From Candidatus Oxydemutator sp. (GTDB lineage Bacteria; Pseudomonadota; Gammaproteobacteria; Poriferisulfidales; Oxydemutatoraceae), in assembly GCA_965203445.1 (NCBI GenBank), contig OZ241883.1, positions 1,152,001-1,216,000 of the forward strand: DNA of 64,000 bases, read 5' to 3'. The notes beneath the pieces are model-generated. The model was given only the letters and a program-made list of their open reading frames with translations. It did not search any database and was not told where the DNA came from. How positions within the stretch are numbered: the first letter of the stretch is position 1; each line of letters opens with the position of its first letter. The translations under genes and the position numbers were made by a program. Positions 40,101 to 50,000 of this stretch are shown piece by piece.

Positions 40101-42957
40101 CTATCGGAACGGTGATGCAACTGGTGCGCGTCGCGTCGCCGAACTCGAGGGTGGCCGTGGTCTCGGTATAGTCCGCGGGCGCGGTGGCCTCGGCCGGATT
40201 TGTATTCTGCGTGTACGCCTCGACCGCAAACACCCGCTCCATGCGGCTCGAGGTGGACGCCAAACCGGCGTTTCTATTGATGTCCATTATCTCCAGACAC
40301 GCCATCCGGGAAGCGGAGCTCTCGGACACTTCGTACGTGTCGCTCACCCACTGCAACCCGATCACCTCGTCGTCCTGAATCGTCACCGTCGCCGTCTGCA
40401 CCGTCGCCAAGTCGCCGCGGCTGACCAGGCGCAATGAGAAACTCTCGTGTTCCTCCGGAATCTGGTCGCCCCGGATCACCACGCTGACGCGCGCCGTAAC
40501 CGGCCCGGCGGCGCGCAACGTGACCGCGTGCGACATAGTGCCGTAGTCGCCGGGCGCCACGGCGGTGCCGTCCACCGTGACCACCGTGGCCGACGCCGCA
40601 AAGCCGGCCGTCTGGCGCACGCCAGGGGCAAGACCGATAGTGAAGTGCAGCGTGGTGCCGCCGGCGTGACCTTCCGACACGCTGGTGGCGGTGGCGCCTT
40701 CAAAAACCACCGGCGGGCCCGTCAACTCAGAGACCGCCACCGCGCCGCGCTGCCGCGCTGCGGAAAAGCCGCCGTATTGCAGCGCCGGGTACTGCCCCGA
40801 AGTGCCGAAGTCCCACGGATCGTCGTTGCCGTTCACGCCGGTCTCGGTGCTGCCGTCCACGTCTATATTCCAGTTCGCGTAGATGCCGCCGTAGGTCGTC
40901 GGCGTCTGCAACGACGCGGTGTCGGTGCCAATCGCGCCGCTGCCGGCGCTTTCGGCCAAGCCGCTGGCCTCGGTATCCCAGTAGGAGTCTTTATAGTTGT
41001 CGCCGCCGGACACAGTCTCACTCTGCCCGACCAGACCGCCCACCATAGCCGTGCCGGTGACTGCGCCCGCCGCGTAACTGGCTATGATCTTTTCCGCACC
41101 CGTCGCGTTGTTCTTTCCCACCAGACCGCCCGCCGACGAACCACCGCGAACGCGAACCCGCGCGTAGCTGGCTTTGATCCTCACGCTACCCGAATTTTCC
41201 AGGGCACCCACCAGACCACCCACCTCCGACGTGCCGGATACCGTGCCTCCCACCACGTAACTCGTCACTACCGTTCCAGTGCTGATGCTCCCCGTCAGCG
41301 CGCCAACCTGATTGCGCCCGCTTACGTCCGCGTCCACGATGCCGACGTTTCTTATGGCCGGCGTCTCTTCCGCAGTGTGATCGTCACTGTTCTTGAAACC
41401 AAAGTAACCGAACAGACCGACGTGATCCTCGGTCGGGCGATTGATGAACAGGTTTTCGACAACGTGGCCTTGGCCGTCGAAATCGGCGACAAAATTGTCG
41501 CTTTCAGTGCCTATCGGCCGCCAGCCCTCGGTGCTGCTGCTGCGGCTCCAACGCGAAGCGCCCAAATCTATATCGGCATCCAGTGCGTAGCCGGTGCAGT
41601 TCGGGGCACAAGCCACGCTCGGAAACGCCGCGCGCCAGGAGGCGCTGCTGGCCTCGGCGGGCACGCCGTCGCCGTCCAGATCCCAGCGCATCGCGTGCAA
41701 CTGCGCGGGTGTGCGCACGGCTATCAACGTCGGAGCGTCGTCGTCCGCTATCGTCACCGTGAGCGTGTTCGAGTCGGTGTTTATAACCACCCCCTCGAGA
41801 GCAGACGCAAAACCTAAATTCACGGTGAACGTCTCCGTACTCTCGACGGCGTTGTCATTGATCAAAGCCACGTTGCGACACACTCTGCGATTGCTGCCGA
41901 CGCCAAAGGGGCCTATCGTCGGCGACGACGGCGGCGTGTAGTCGGAACCCGCCGACGCGCTGCCGTCCGTCGTGCGCAGCGACAGCGAAAAAGCGGGGCC
42001 GCGCTCTATCATGGCCGGCGCCGAAATCTCGACGCATACGGTGGCCGACGAAGAGGCGCCCTCGACCACCGCCACCTCGGTGCTTGCAAAGCCGAGGATT
42101 ATCGGATCATCGTCCGTTATCGTCACCTCGGCCTGGTCGTCGCCGAGGAGTGCCCTGGAAGGCCTGTCCAGATTGAGAAACATGCTCTCTTCATTCTCGG
42201 CCACGTCGTCATCGGTGGCCTCGAACCCGAAGCAGACGCTGCGCGTGCCGCTGGCGAACGTGAGGCGCCCCGTCTCTGCGGAGAAGTCGCCGCTGCCGGC
42301 GGAGCCCGCGTTGGATAACACTTCCACCGAAAACTCCCGTTCCACGGGAGTCGCGGCCGTCGGCATCGTCACCACGGCGCATATGGAAAGCGTGGTGCCC
42401 TCGGCCAAGGCATACGACGTGTTCTCGAGACCGACCGTAACTTCATCATCGTCCGTTATCGTCACCGTCGCCGTCTGTATCGTCGCCAAGTCGCCGCGGC
42501 TGACCAGGCGCAATGAGAAACTCTCGTGTTCCTCCGGAATCTGGTCGCCCCGAATCACCACGCTGACGCGCGCCGTAACCGGCCCGGCGGCGCGCAACGT
42601 GACCGCGTGCGACATAGTGCCGTAGTCGCCGGGCGCCACGGCGGTGCCGTCCACCGTGACCACCGTGGCCGAGGCCGCAAAGCCGGCCGTCTGGCGCACG
42701 CCGGGGGCAAGACCGATAGTGAAGTGCAACGTCGTGTTGCCGGCGTTGCCTTCCGACACGCTGGTGGCGGTGGCGCCTTCAAAAACCACCGATGGGGTGG
42801 TTTGCGCGAAAGACGGGCCGGCGACGCCGAGCGTTCCCGCGACGACCAGCAACGTGACAAGGCGTACGACGAAGCGCCGCGCGCCGGCAGAATCGTTGCA
42901 CACCGCAACTCTCTTGATCATCGAATACATATAGGAACAATCGAAGAACATCGGCAA
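34153..42957 (-). CDS. Giant surface adhesin: Calx-beta repeats, three GLUG/beta-helix modules, GlyGly-CTERM anchor
   Basis: TxDGTAxAxxDY...DDxxxExxExF...VTIxDDD Calx-beta pattern, VGGLVG (GLUG) motifs, DGGPNDEDGTVNGIVDDP, then SGGGSFG + TM + RRR tail. Confidence 0.85.
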   Translation of the reverse strand: MPMFFDCSYMYSMIKRVAVCNDSAGARRFVVRLVTLLVVAGTLGVAGPSFAQTTPSVVFEGATATSVSEGNAGNTTLHFTIGLAPGVRQTAGFAASATVVTVDGTAVAPGDYGTMSHAVTLRAAGPVTARVSVVIRGDQIPEEHESFSLRLVSRGDLATIQTATVTITDDDEVTVGLENTSYALAEGTTLSICAVVTMPTAATPVEREFSVEVLSNAGSAGSGDFSAETGRLTFASGTRSVCFGFEATDDDVAENEESMFLNLDRPSRALLGDDQAEVTITDDDPIILGFASTEVAVVEGASSSATVCVEISAPAMIERGPAFSLSLRTTDGSASAGSDYTPPSSPTIGPFGVGSNRRVCRNVALINDNAVESTETFTVNLGFASALEGVVINTDSNTLTVTIADDDAPTLIAVRTPAQLHAMRWDLDGDGVPAEASSASWRAAFPSVACAPNCTGYALDADIDLGASRWSRSSSTEGWRPIGTESDNFVADFDGQGHVVENLFINRPTEDHVGLFGYFGFKNSDDHTAEETPAIRNVGIVDADVSGRNQVGALTGSISTGTVVTSYVVGGTVSGTSEVGGLVGALENSGSVRIKASYARVRVRGGSSAGGLVGKNNATGAEKIIASYAAGAVTGTAMVGGLVGQSETVSGGDNYKDSYWDTEASGLAESAGSGAIGTDTASLQTPTTYGGIYANWNIDVDGSTETGVNGNDDPWDFGTSGQYPALQYGGFSAARQRGAVAVSELTGPPVVFEGATATSVSEGHAGGTTLHFTIGLAPGVRQTAGFAASATVVTVDGTAVAPGDYGTMSHAVTLRAAGPVTARVSVVIRGDQIPEEHESFSLRLVSRGDLATVQTATVTIQDDEVIGLQWVSDTYEVSESSASRMACLEIMDINRNAGLASTSSRMERVFAVEAYTQNTNPAEATAPADYTETTATLEFGDATRTSCITVPIVNDRVQENNEAFTVNFRDLPRAVEKGTVQQTQVIIRDDDVVSFGFERSSLRLREGEPVTACVVSDIGFTSPLFVAQLTVADGSAEHPGDYDRGGSGIRSITVQPDPVRGRTCTSVPTVDDAVVESDETFTISSTLQFAAASNTLTVTIEDNDAPTLIAVRTPAQLHAMRWDLDGDGVPAEASSASWRAAFPDAGCAPNCVGYALDADIDLGASRWSRSSSTEGWRPIGTESDNFVADFDGQGHVVENLFINRPTEDHVGLFGYFGFKNSDDHTAEETPAIRNVGIVDADVSGRNQVGALTGSISTGTVVTSYVVGGTVSGTSEVGGLVGALENSGSVRIKASYARVRVRGGSSAGGLVGKNNATGAEKIIASYAAGAVTGTAMVGGLVGQSETVSGGDNYKDSYWDTEASGLAESAGTGAIGTDTASLQTPTTYSGIYANWNIDVDGSTETGVGGNDDPWDFGTSMQYPVLQASSFSVARQRGAVPVELTGPPVVFSSSMYSAVESSGAVVTVTVRLSDEALRISDFSVTGMVTALDDGTTLLMNFRGDTFFYYDLSTSPVVFSLNASSATRADVTISIVDDVIPEEAKTIPLQLVSAGYSESTQMATATIEDDDPVVIGFQRASYSTEEDSGGFSACVVPTTPLSTQPLDRRFSLRVSTRPGTAGTNDYVSINQQDVGPFSNRTRRQCFAIDITDDAIREDAESFFLDLTAPPGQTLERVTINPAVAEVAIGEDDEITIGFEQTTLTVTEGVDLSASVCVAITDPSTDGLIERSDFSLALRMADGSAVAGDDYVSSATVIGPFGSSVNSTCSSVALIDDDVVEGAETFTVNLGFVSEASAPERVTINPNKSALMVTIVDDATLIAVRTPAQLHAMRWDLDGDGAPAEASSASWRAAFADAGCAPNCTGYALVADVDLGASRWSRSSSTEGWQPIGTESDNFVADFDGQGHVIENLFIHRPTEDHVGLFGYFGFRNSDDHTAEETPAIRNVGIVDADVSGRNQVGALTGSISTGTVVTSYVAGGSVAGTSEVGGLVGALGNSGGVRIKASYARVRVRGGSSAGGLVGKNNATGAEKIIASYAAGAVTGTAMVGGLVGQSETVSGGDNYKDSYWDTEASGQAESAGSGAIGTDTASLQTPTTYGGIYANWNIDVDGSTMTGVNGNDDPWDFGTSGQYPALQYGGFSVERQRGMVSPPPGVVSDTEPPQFLFGEDAPAFAPGSSRLWLPLSEEVKVLSERENARNSTASVSLGAGTEFEGFVVILNLQSRVDPCADNSAAMTIGVMRAYYDDARAVVLELARPLARTEDNVWVGYCYRSGRENPGIYDLALERGEAAPDGGRNLLRSAIGRMTRDARRDRDGDGIADALETRLGSNPLSAEGVPDDVPTVTLARGVAATAHVAYSGVRANGALEHLGVMVTPTATRLRAYYLSNTFGYSSGGETATYGCDGNFPSNYDAPLSEGGCATVDFGNMRAGVDHVIGWFAPNEAGYRFTTATASGLPQQSVRRVVELNMASQRLYTRGKGGGVAVEAMQDGAAATGARLHLMVTTETGTGMERVALLTTSGRIVVASAEEASRYEIIGADTGDETPQLLWRPSDGLSELTADKYSLGLVTGTRVSLLPQAELLLGPAELTRNGEARTDLRVGESGYSLRIAARAPADGTAKVVDVKAASTATGALGTNWYATTGYVVTVPFGIAADATTATLVLQVTLSSGGSSVESEYGWPILSATDDDGDGIENAVDNFGGGTVLPVIVTGTMAGADGSHHMRPVLPLHRLRIGESARTRVSERAMAGLALGYSDYAASSLENPSYDVIYDYGVIYDFEVHGVDVAAISTDGDLTGGAAGVIIPLPANLYREAGMVPVKLPSEDPFDTSGANDYGFAPLDDGGACPPDAGDRYRKAGDGIIEKQAHDACLVIYVVDGGPNDEDGTVNGIVDDPLGLVDAVDAPLPPSGGGSFGLAGALALLLLASAALLQRRRTRR
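36548..41735. repeat. Three near-identical ~0.95-kb intragenic modules (~36548-37515, ~38705-39645, ~40765-41735)
   Basis: LIAVRTPAQLHAMRWDLDGDG...DDPWDFGTS occurs three times with near-identical DNA. Confidence 0.9.
40379..42789. repeat. Duplicated ~330-bp Calx-beta domain (~40379-40710 and ~42458-42789)
   Basis: VVFEGATATSVSEG...TATVTI is near-identical in both copies. Confidence 0.9.
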
Positions 42958-43049
42958 AGGCTTCGTTCTTTGTAGATTTCAGGCATGTGGCTCCCTTGAT
43001 ATTACCATAGGCGACACTTCGGGCACGCCCGTGGGGGTGTCCCCTTGCC

Positions 43050-44123
43050 TTGGGGTGCCATCGGGCGAGAGGGCAACAAAACGGGAATTGGGTTTCGATG
43101 CCGCAAAGCGGGCGCAATTTACCGCTCGTCGAGATGCTTTTGACAACTATGCGCAATGTGGGCATAGTAAGCGGCACACCGCTTCTTCCCCAAGTGAATA
43201 ACAAAAATCCACTTGTCAACGGCAGGGGTCGAAAGAAACCGCCGCCACCGATTGCAAGGCTTGCCCGAAAAAAGAAGCTGATTCCATTCGGATGGTACGG
43301 TGGCAAGTTCTCGCACCTGGATTGGCTGTCGCCGCTGTTGTCGCAGTGCCATCATTACTGCGAACCGTTTGGAGGCTCCGCCGCCTTACTGCTGAATCGC
43401 GCGCCCGCCCCCGTGGAAACATACAACGATCTCGACGGCGAAGTTTGCAATTTCTTCCGCGTGCTTCGGGACGAATCCCAAGAATTGATTCGGCTGATCG
43501 GGCTGACTCCCTTTTCGCGCGAGGAATTCGGGATTGCCTGCACACTCGACCCGGACGCCTCTCCGGTAGAGCGGGCGCGAAGGTTTTACGTCAGGGCGAG
43601 ACAGGTGCGCACGGGTCTGGCGCAGACCGCCTCGATGGGCCGATGGGCAAATTGCAAAAATACGACCAGGGCCGGGATGAGCGGCGTTGTCAGTCGCTGG
43701 CTGGGAGGCGTGCAGGCATTGCCCGAAATTGCGGAACGTCTGCTGCGCGTCCAAATCGAGAATCGCCCGGCCGTTGACGTGATCAATTTATACGACGCCC
43801 CCGATACATTGTTCTACTGCGACCCGCCCTACGTACACCAGACTCGCGGCGATGCAAAGGCATACGGCTTCGAGATGACCGACGAACAGCACGAGGAACT
43901 TGCCGACGTGCTCAATTCCGTGCGCGGGATGGTCGCGTTTTCCAATTACGATTGCCGTTTGCTGAACCGGCTCTATCCGAAAAGTCGCTGGTTCAAGCAC
44001 GTTTCCCCGCCAAGAACCAACCACGCGACAAAAGGCAAGCGGATCGAGGTGCTGTGGACGAATTACGATTTGCGAAAAAGTCTTTCCCGACGGGAGAAAC
44101 AGGAAAAGCTGGAGCTGGCCTGA
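43050..44123 (+). CDS. D12/Dam-class N6-adenine DNA methyltransferase (true start probably downstream, e.g. GTG 43194)
   Basis: WYGGK, YCEPFGGS, YNDLD, FYCDPPY. Confidence 0.9.
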   Translation: MGCHRARGQQNGNWVSMPQSGRNLPLVEMLLTTMRNVGIVSGTPLLPQVNNKNPLVNGRGRKKPPPPIARLARKKKLIPFGWYGGKFSHLDWLSPLLSQCHHYCEPFGGSAALLLNRAPAPVETYNDLDGEVCNFFRVLRDESQELIRLIGLTPFSREEFGIACTLDPDASPVERARRFYVRARQVRTGLAQTASMGRWANCKNTTRAGMSGVVSRWLGGVQALPEIAERLLRVQIENRPAVDVINLYDAPDTLFYCDPPYVHQTRGDAKAYGFEMTDEQHEELADVLNSVRGMVAFSNYDCRLLNRLYPKSRWFKHVSPPRTNHATKGKRIEVLWTNYDLRKSLSRREKQEKLELA

Positions 44124-45247
44124 TGGCGGAGACGCCGTCTCAGGTACTTGAGCGCCTCTACAACAGGGTCGCAAGCGATCCGGATACGCCTCTCGTCAGA
44201 AGCGCGGCCATATTGAAAAGAATCGAATCCATAGTCCGATGCATGGAGAATCGGGCGAGCGTTCGCCTTCTTATGGCGTGCATGACGGGGAAAATTGACC
44301 GCCCGCAAATTGACCCTCGTCAGCCATACACGGAAATCGGGGGCAATTCATCATTTTCCGGGCGCGCGTATGATGAGCGATACATCACTCAGTTCATCAA
44401 CGACAACAAACTCCCCTGCAATTCCACGACTGCGTTTTTAACCCCCGCTTTGAGAAATATTGATCGTCCGTTGACGACCGATGTGGCCATCGTCGGACGC
44501 CCGGCACAAGTGTATCGTGACACGCTTCAAATACTTGACGACGTTGCGCACGGCCGGGCAACGGCGGAGGACGTTCTTGCGGACACGATACGGTTGCTCT
44601 GCATCGTCCGAGATGAGAAAGCGAGGCGAATGGATGCTCTGCTTGCGAGAGGTGAAAAGATCAAAGGCGACCTGCCTTTGTCTTCAGAGGCAATCGTGAC
44701 CTTGATTGAACAACATCTGGCTTGCAAAAACGCAAGCCGGCTGCCCGTGTTGATAGTGGCCGCCGCGTATCAGATGGCAAGACATAAAATTGGTGAGACC
44801 GCGAAGGAATTGCTCTCCCACAATGCGGCCGACGAGCAAACGGGTGCGTTCGGGGACGTGGAGGTATGCCTGACGAGCGAGGACAAAGTCGTCACCAGCT
44901 ACGAAATGAAAATGAAACGGGTGGCCGTTCACGACATAGATCGCGCGGCCGCAAAGATCGCCTCATACGCCTCCCAAATTGACAACTATGTTTTTATAAC
45001 GACCGATGCGATTGATCCGGAAGTGCATGAGTATGCCCGATCCATGTATGAGCGGTTGGGGGTGGAGGTCGCCGTGCTCGATTGCATTAGCTTCCTGCGC
45101 CACTTCCTGCATTTCTTTCACCGGATCAGGATCGAGTTTCTCGATGCTTATCAGGCTCTGGTTCTTGCCGAACCGGACAGTGCGGTCAAACCGCCGCTCA
45201 AGGAAGTATTCTTGTCGCTGCGCCAAGCTGCCGAATACGACGATTAA
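44123..45247 (+). CDS. Putative type II restriction endonuclease
   Basis: Coupled to the MTase by TGATG; GDVEV...SYEMK is a PD-(D/E)xK-like motif. Confidence 0.7.
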   Translation: MAETPSQVLERLYNRVASDPDTPLVRSAAILKRIESIVRCMENRASVRLLMACMTGKIDRPQIDPRQPYTEIGGNSSFSGRAYDERYITQFINDNKLPCNSTTAFLTPALRNIDRPLTTDVAIVGRPAQVYRDTLQILDDVAHGRATAEDVLADTIRLLCIVRDEKARRMDALLARGEKIKGDLPLSSEAIVTLIEQHLACKNASRLPVLIVAAAYQMARHKIGETAKELLSHNAADEQTGAFGDVEVCLTSEDKVVTSYEMKMKRVAVHDIDRAAAKIASYASQIDNYVFITTDAIDPEVHEYARSMYERLGVEVAVLDCISFLRHFLHFFHRIRIEFLDAYQALVLAEPDSAVKPPLKEVFLSLRQAAEYDD

Positions 45248-45496
45248 CGCTGGTCAGGGAAGCGAAGGTCACAGATGGTACGAAGGAAACGACAGATGTG
45301 GAGAGGCTGAATCCGTGCAATCCTTTGATCCGCGCCAAGTCGTGCTTCGGACAAGGAAACTGGAGGAGATACGATGAGTAATCAACAAAATGAGCAGAGA
45401 AGGGCTGCCAGAACGGGAGGGTTTTCAAACAGTACCCACATCGTTCATGTCGCCGACTGAACTGCCCCGACTTTTCCGGAGACTGGTTTATGAGAG

Positions 45497-46096
45497 TCAG
45501 GCTGCAACAGCCGACTCCTTCTCTCGGCAATAATACATTGCCTCCCACTCCGCCGGCGGGCGGTAGCCTATCGAACTCAACAAACGACGATTGTTGTACC
45601 AGTCCACCCATTTCAGCGTCTCGCATTCCAGCGACGACTTCCCGTTCCACGCACCCTGGCGCCGGATCAACACATACGTTGCGTCCGCCACCCACAACTG
45701 GTTCGGACGCGGCGCCTGAAAGTTGCGCTTCACCTCATCCGGGTACTTAGAGCCCTGCGCCGCGGCGCTGTCCGTCGTTTGCCACCGGCGCCCGCGAACC
45801 ACGCCCTGCATACCCGCCCTTCTCATCAAACGCTCCACCGTGCAGCGCGCCGCCGCTATCTCTTCACGCTCCAACTGGTGCCACACCTTGCGCGCACCAT
45901 ACGTCTCATGGCTCTCTTCCCATATGCGCGCTATCTCCATAGACAGCGCCGCGTCCGTGTGCCAGCGGCGACAGCGCAGACGCGGATCCCGCTCCTGCGC
46001 CTTGTGCGCATAGTAGGTGGATGGGGCTATCGGCAATACCTTGCACATAGGCTCGACCCCATACGCTTCCTTGTTCTCGTCTATGAAACGCACCAT
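45497..46096 (-). pseudogene. IS3 OrfB transposase lacking most of the DDE core
   Basis: YGARKVW, TVERLMR and WVADATYV join directly to the C-terminal ...WVDWYNNRRL. Confidence 0.8.
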
Positions 46097-46416
46097 CACT
46101 TCGCTTCGCGGTCGAGCTCCGCCTGGGCAAAAAAAGCCGTCGCCTTGCGCAGAATCTCGTTCGTGCGACGCAACGCAGCATTCTCCCTTTGCAGTCTCTT
46201 GCACTCCTGGGCTCGCTGCTCGTTGCTCATGCCCGGCGTCGCCGCCGCCTGCTCCGCTCGACGTACCCACCTGCGCAGTGTCTCCGAACCGCAGCCGAAC
46301 ATAGCGGCCACCGATTCGATGGCTTTCCATTGCGATGGATGCTCCTGTTGGTTCTCAAGAACCATCCGGACGGCGCGTTCACGCACCTCCGGCGTATATC
46401 GGTTAAGGTGTTTCAT
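46096..46416 (-). CDS. IS3 OrfA (HTH)
   Basis: RYTPEVRERAVRMV, ETLRRWVR, LQREN...NEILRKA. Confidence 0.88.
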   Translation of the reverse strand: MKHLNRYTPEVRERAVRMVLENQQEHPSQWKAIESVAAMFGCGSETLRRWVRRAEQAAATPGMSNEQRAQECKRLQRENAALRRTNEILRKATAFFAQAELDREAK

Positions 46417-46509
46417 ACCCCTATTCTCCCTCATTTAGAGGTCTCCGAAAAACACGGGGCGATTCACAGAGGGAGAGGGTAGATGGGGCGGCATATTCAC
46501 CTTAGCACT

Positions 46510-46656
46510 TCAAATGAGACGCCAAGTTTCAATCAATACATGGTCACTTGTGACAAGTGGCTCGTTCGTTGCCAAAAGATTCTTCGCGCGGTTATTTTGG
46601 CGATCACCTCGATCAGCGGCGGCATACCAGACCGAGCTGTCCACAAAGATACTCAT
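46510..46656 (-). pseudogene. Truncated PIN-domain (VapC-like) toxin
   Basis: Own translation MSIFVDSSVWYAAADRGD...VTSDHVLIETWRLI* (48 aa); overlaps the antitoxin stop. Confidence 0.75.
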
Positions 46657-46916
46657 CGTGGATCGGAGCGATGACGCTTCTCTGCGCCGGTTGCTGCTCC
46701 GATCATCTGATCTTTTTGCGATGCGACGTCGGCACCGTTCGACGTGCCGAGATCAAAGACGATGGAACGGTCGCAGCTCCGTGGGGGTGTCCCGGCCAAA
46801 TCCTGATCTACGAGCCGGCGCATGTACTCGGCAATGGAAATACCAAGAGCGGCCGCACGCGCCCGGACTTTCGTATGCAACTCCGAATTGAGGGATATTT
46901 GAGTGCGAACCACCAT
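46653..46916 (-). CDS. RHH-type antitoxin (VapB-like)
   Basis: RTQISL...ARAAALGISIAEYMRRLV; directly upstream of the PIN fragment. Confidence 0.75.
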   Translation of the reverse strand: MVVRTQISLNSELHTKVRARAAALGISIAEYMRRLVDQDLAGTPPRSCDRSIVFDLGTSNGADVASQKDQMIGAATGAEKRHRSDPR

Positions 46917-47029
46917 TATGGCGCTACTATACCACCACCAACATTGATGGCGCCAACACGGGATACGCTTAATTTTATCAGGGTTGCATGAAACTGGCGT
47001 ATATAATTCGCGGTCGGCACGATGAGCAG

Positions 47030-50000
47030 ATGAGCACCAAATTTTTCACCAATGACGGCAAGGGCACCTTGCTTGGCAAGTTTGCCGCGGTCTTCGAGCA
47101 CAATCCCCAACTGGTCGCGTTCGACGCCTTGGCGGGGTATTTCCGCGCCACCGGTTATTTCCGCCTGCGCCCGCATCTGGAACGGATCGGGCAGGTCAGG
47201 ATTCTGGTCGGCATAGACGTCGACAAGTGGAGCAGTGCGGCCCATCAAACCGGCCTCGCGTTGCGCTTCGGCGCCGATCAGGAGCAGGTCGCGCAAGACT
47301 TCCGGCGCAAGCTCAAGAAAGAGATAGCCGACGCCCCCTACGACTCCGACCTGGAGGACGGCGTGCTCCGGTTTGTCGAGGACGTCTCGTCCGGCAAAGT
47401 CGTGATAAAAGCGCATCCCTCGCGCAGGCTGCACGCCAAGATCTACATCTTCCGCCCCGAAAACTTCAACGAGCACAGCGGCGGCGAGGTCATCACCGGC
47501 TCCTCCAACCTGACCGAGGCCGGCCTGGGCGCGTCCGACCGCGACGCCAATTACGAGTTCAACGTCTCGCTCCGGGATTACGACGACGTCAAGTTCGCCA
47601 CCGACGAGTTCGAGCGGCTGTGGCGGGAGGCCGTGGACATCCTGCCGGAGGCGGTCGTCGCCGCAAAAAACGAGACCCACCTGGGCGACGACTGCACCGC
47701 CAACGATTTATACCTGAAACTGCTGATCGAATACTTCGGCAAGGAAATCGAGTTCGACCCCGACCGCATCACCGACGTGCCGAGCAACCTCATGCGCCTG
47801 AATTATCAGATGGACGCGGTCGAACAGGGTTACGCCCTGCTCGACCGGCATCGCGGCTTCTTTCTCGCCGACGTGGTCGGCCTGGGCAAGACCGTCATCG
47901 CCATCATGATCGCGCGCAAGTATTTCTTCATGAACGGCTATCCGGAATATCGTTCCCATACGCTGGTCGTGTGCCCGCCGGCGGTGGAGGCGAACTGGCG
48001 CGATACCATTGACGACTTCCGGCTGGACAATCCCCACTTCATCACCACCGGCAGTCTGCACAAGATAGACGACCCCGACAAATACGATCTGATCATCGTC
48101 GACGAGGCGCACAAATTCAGAAACAACACTTCCGAGAGTTACGCCCAACTACAGCGCATCGCCAACACGCCGTGCCGCAACGGGAAACTCAAGCGCGTCA
48201 TCCTGGTTTCCGCCACGCCGCTCAACAACAGGCCCGACGACCTGAAAAATCAGATCCTGCTGTTTCAGGACGCCAACAACGGCACCCTGGACGTCAACCT
48301 CGCGCGCTTCTTCAGCGAGGCCGAACGCAGATACAGCCAGCTGATCCGCAAGACCGGCCAGGACGGCAAGGCCAACAAGGCCAAACTCCACGGACTGTTT
48401 GAACAGATCCGCCTGAAAATCATCGAGCCGCTGACCGTGCGCCGCACCCGCGGCGACCTGCTTGAGCATCCGCTCTATGCGGAGGATTTGCGCGAGCAGG
48501 GAGTAGTCTTTCCGACGATCAACAAGCCGCAGACGCTGCTGTATCCGCTGAGCCGGAAACTGAACGAACTGTATGAGCAGACCGTGGCCCGCATTCAGAA
48601 CAGAAACGGCGCCGGCCTGCAATACGCCCGCCACCGGCTGATAGAGTTTCTCAAACCGGAGCACAAAAAAGATTACCAGCGCGCCGATTTCATCGTCAAG
48701 CAATTGACCGCCATCATGAAAACCCTGCTGGTCAAGCGCCTGGACAGCAGTTTTCATGCGTTCCACCGCTCGCTGCGACGGGCGCTCGACGCTTCCGACA
48801 TGCTGCTGAAGATGTGGGCGGACGACCGCATCATCATCGCGTCCAGCGTGGATCTCCAGAAGTATATCGAGGAAGGCAAAGAGGAAGACGAAGGGGCCGA
48901 ACTGATGGCGCAGCTGGAACGGGAGCAGGCCACCAACCCCGGCCTCAAAATCCTCACCCGCGACGACTTCGAGCAAGGGTGGCACGGGCTGATGGAACGC
49001 GATCACGCAATCCTGCGGGAGATGGAGCAACAGTGGCGGCAGGCGAACACGCAACCGGATCCCAAGCTGGCGGAGTTGCTCAAGCAGTTGCCGGCCACCC
49101 TGCTGGCGCCGCGGCAAAACCCCGAACGCAAGCTGGTGATTTTCTCGGAAGCCGCCGACACCACCGATTACCTGGCCGCCAGGCTGCAGGAAAAGGACTA
49201 TCGCGTGCTGGCCGTAACCGCCCACAACCGCGGCCAGCAGAAGGATGCCATCGAGCAGAACTTCGACGCCAACCACGCGCCGGACGAACAGAAATCCGAC
49301 TACGACGTCATCATCGCCACCGAAGCGCTGGCCGAAGGCGTCAACCTGCACCGCGCCAACACCATCGTCAACTACGACACGCCGTGGAACGCCACCCGCC
49401 TGATGCAGCGCATCGGGCGCATCAACCGCATCGGCAGCCAGGCGGAACAGATATACATCTACAACTTCCTGCCCACCGAGCAGGTCGAGGGCGACATCAA
49501 CCTGCGCCACCGCGCCCAGGTGAAACTGCAAGCCTTCCACAGCATCCTGGGCGAGGACTCGCAGATCTACACCCCCGACGAGAAATACAAAAGCTTCGGC
49601 CTGTTCGACAAGAACGTCACCGAAGAGCGGGAAATCAGCGAACGCCTGGCCTGCCTGATGGAAATCCGCCGCTTCCGGGAACAGCACCCCGACGAGTTCA
49701 AGCGCATCAAAAACCTGCCGTTGAAAATACGCAACGCCGTTCCTGTCGCCGGTGCCGTTCCCGACGACGACGACGGCGACGATGGCGGCACCATTCCCGG
49801 TGACCACACCGTCGCGCCGCCAAACGCCACCCTGTGTTTTCTGCGCAACCCGGCCCACGACGCCTTCTATCAGGTGGAAGGTTATCGCGCGGACGACGAC
49901 GGCGGCGATGGCAATGGCGATGGCGGCGACGATGGCCGCGTGAAAGAACTGGGCTTTCTCGAGGCGGTGGCGATGATGAAAGCGCATAAAGACGCCGCGA

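Larger units (their letters stand above)
45458..46466 (-). mobile_element. IS3-family element (IS51/IS6110-like), internally deleted
   Basis: Imperfect terminal IRs TGAACTGCCCCG...GGAGAC / GTCTCC...CGGGGCGATTCA; orfA plus shortened orfB; ~1.0 kb. Confidence 0.9.
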
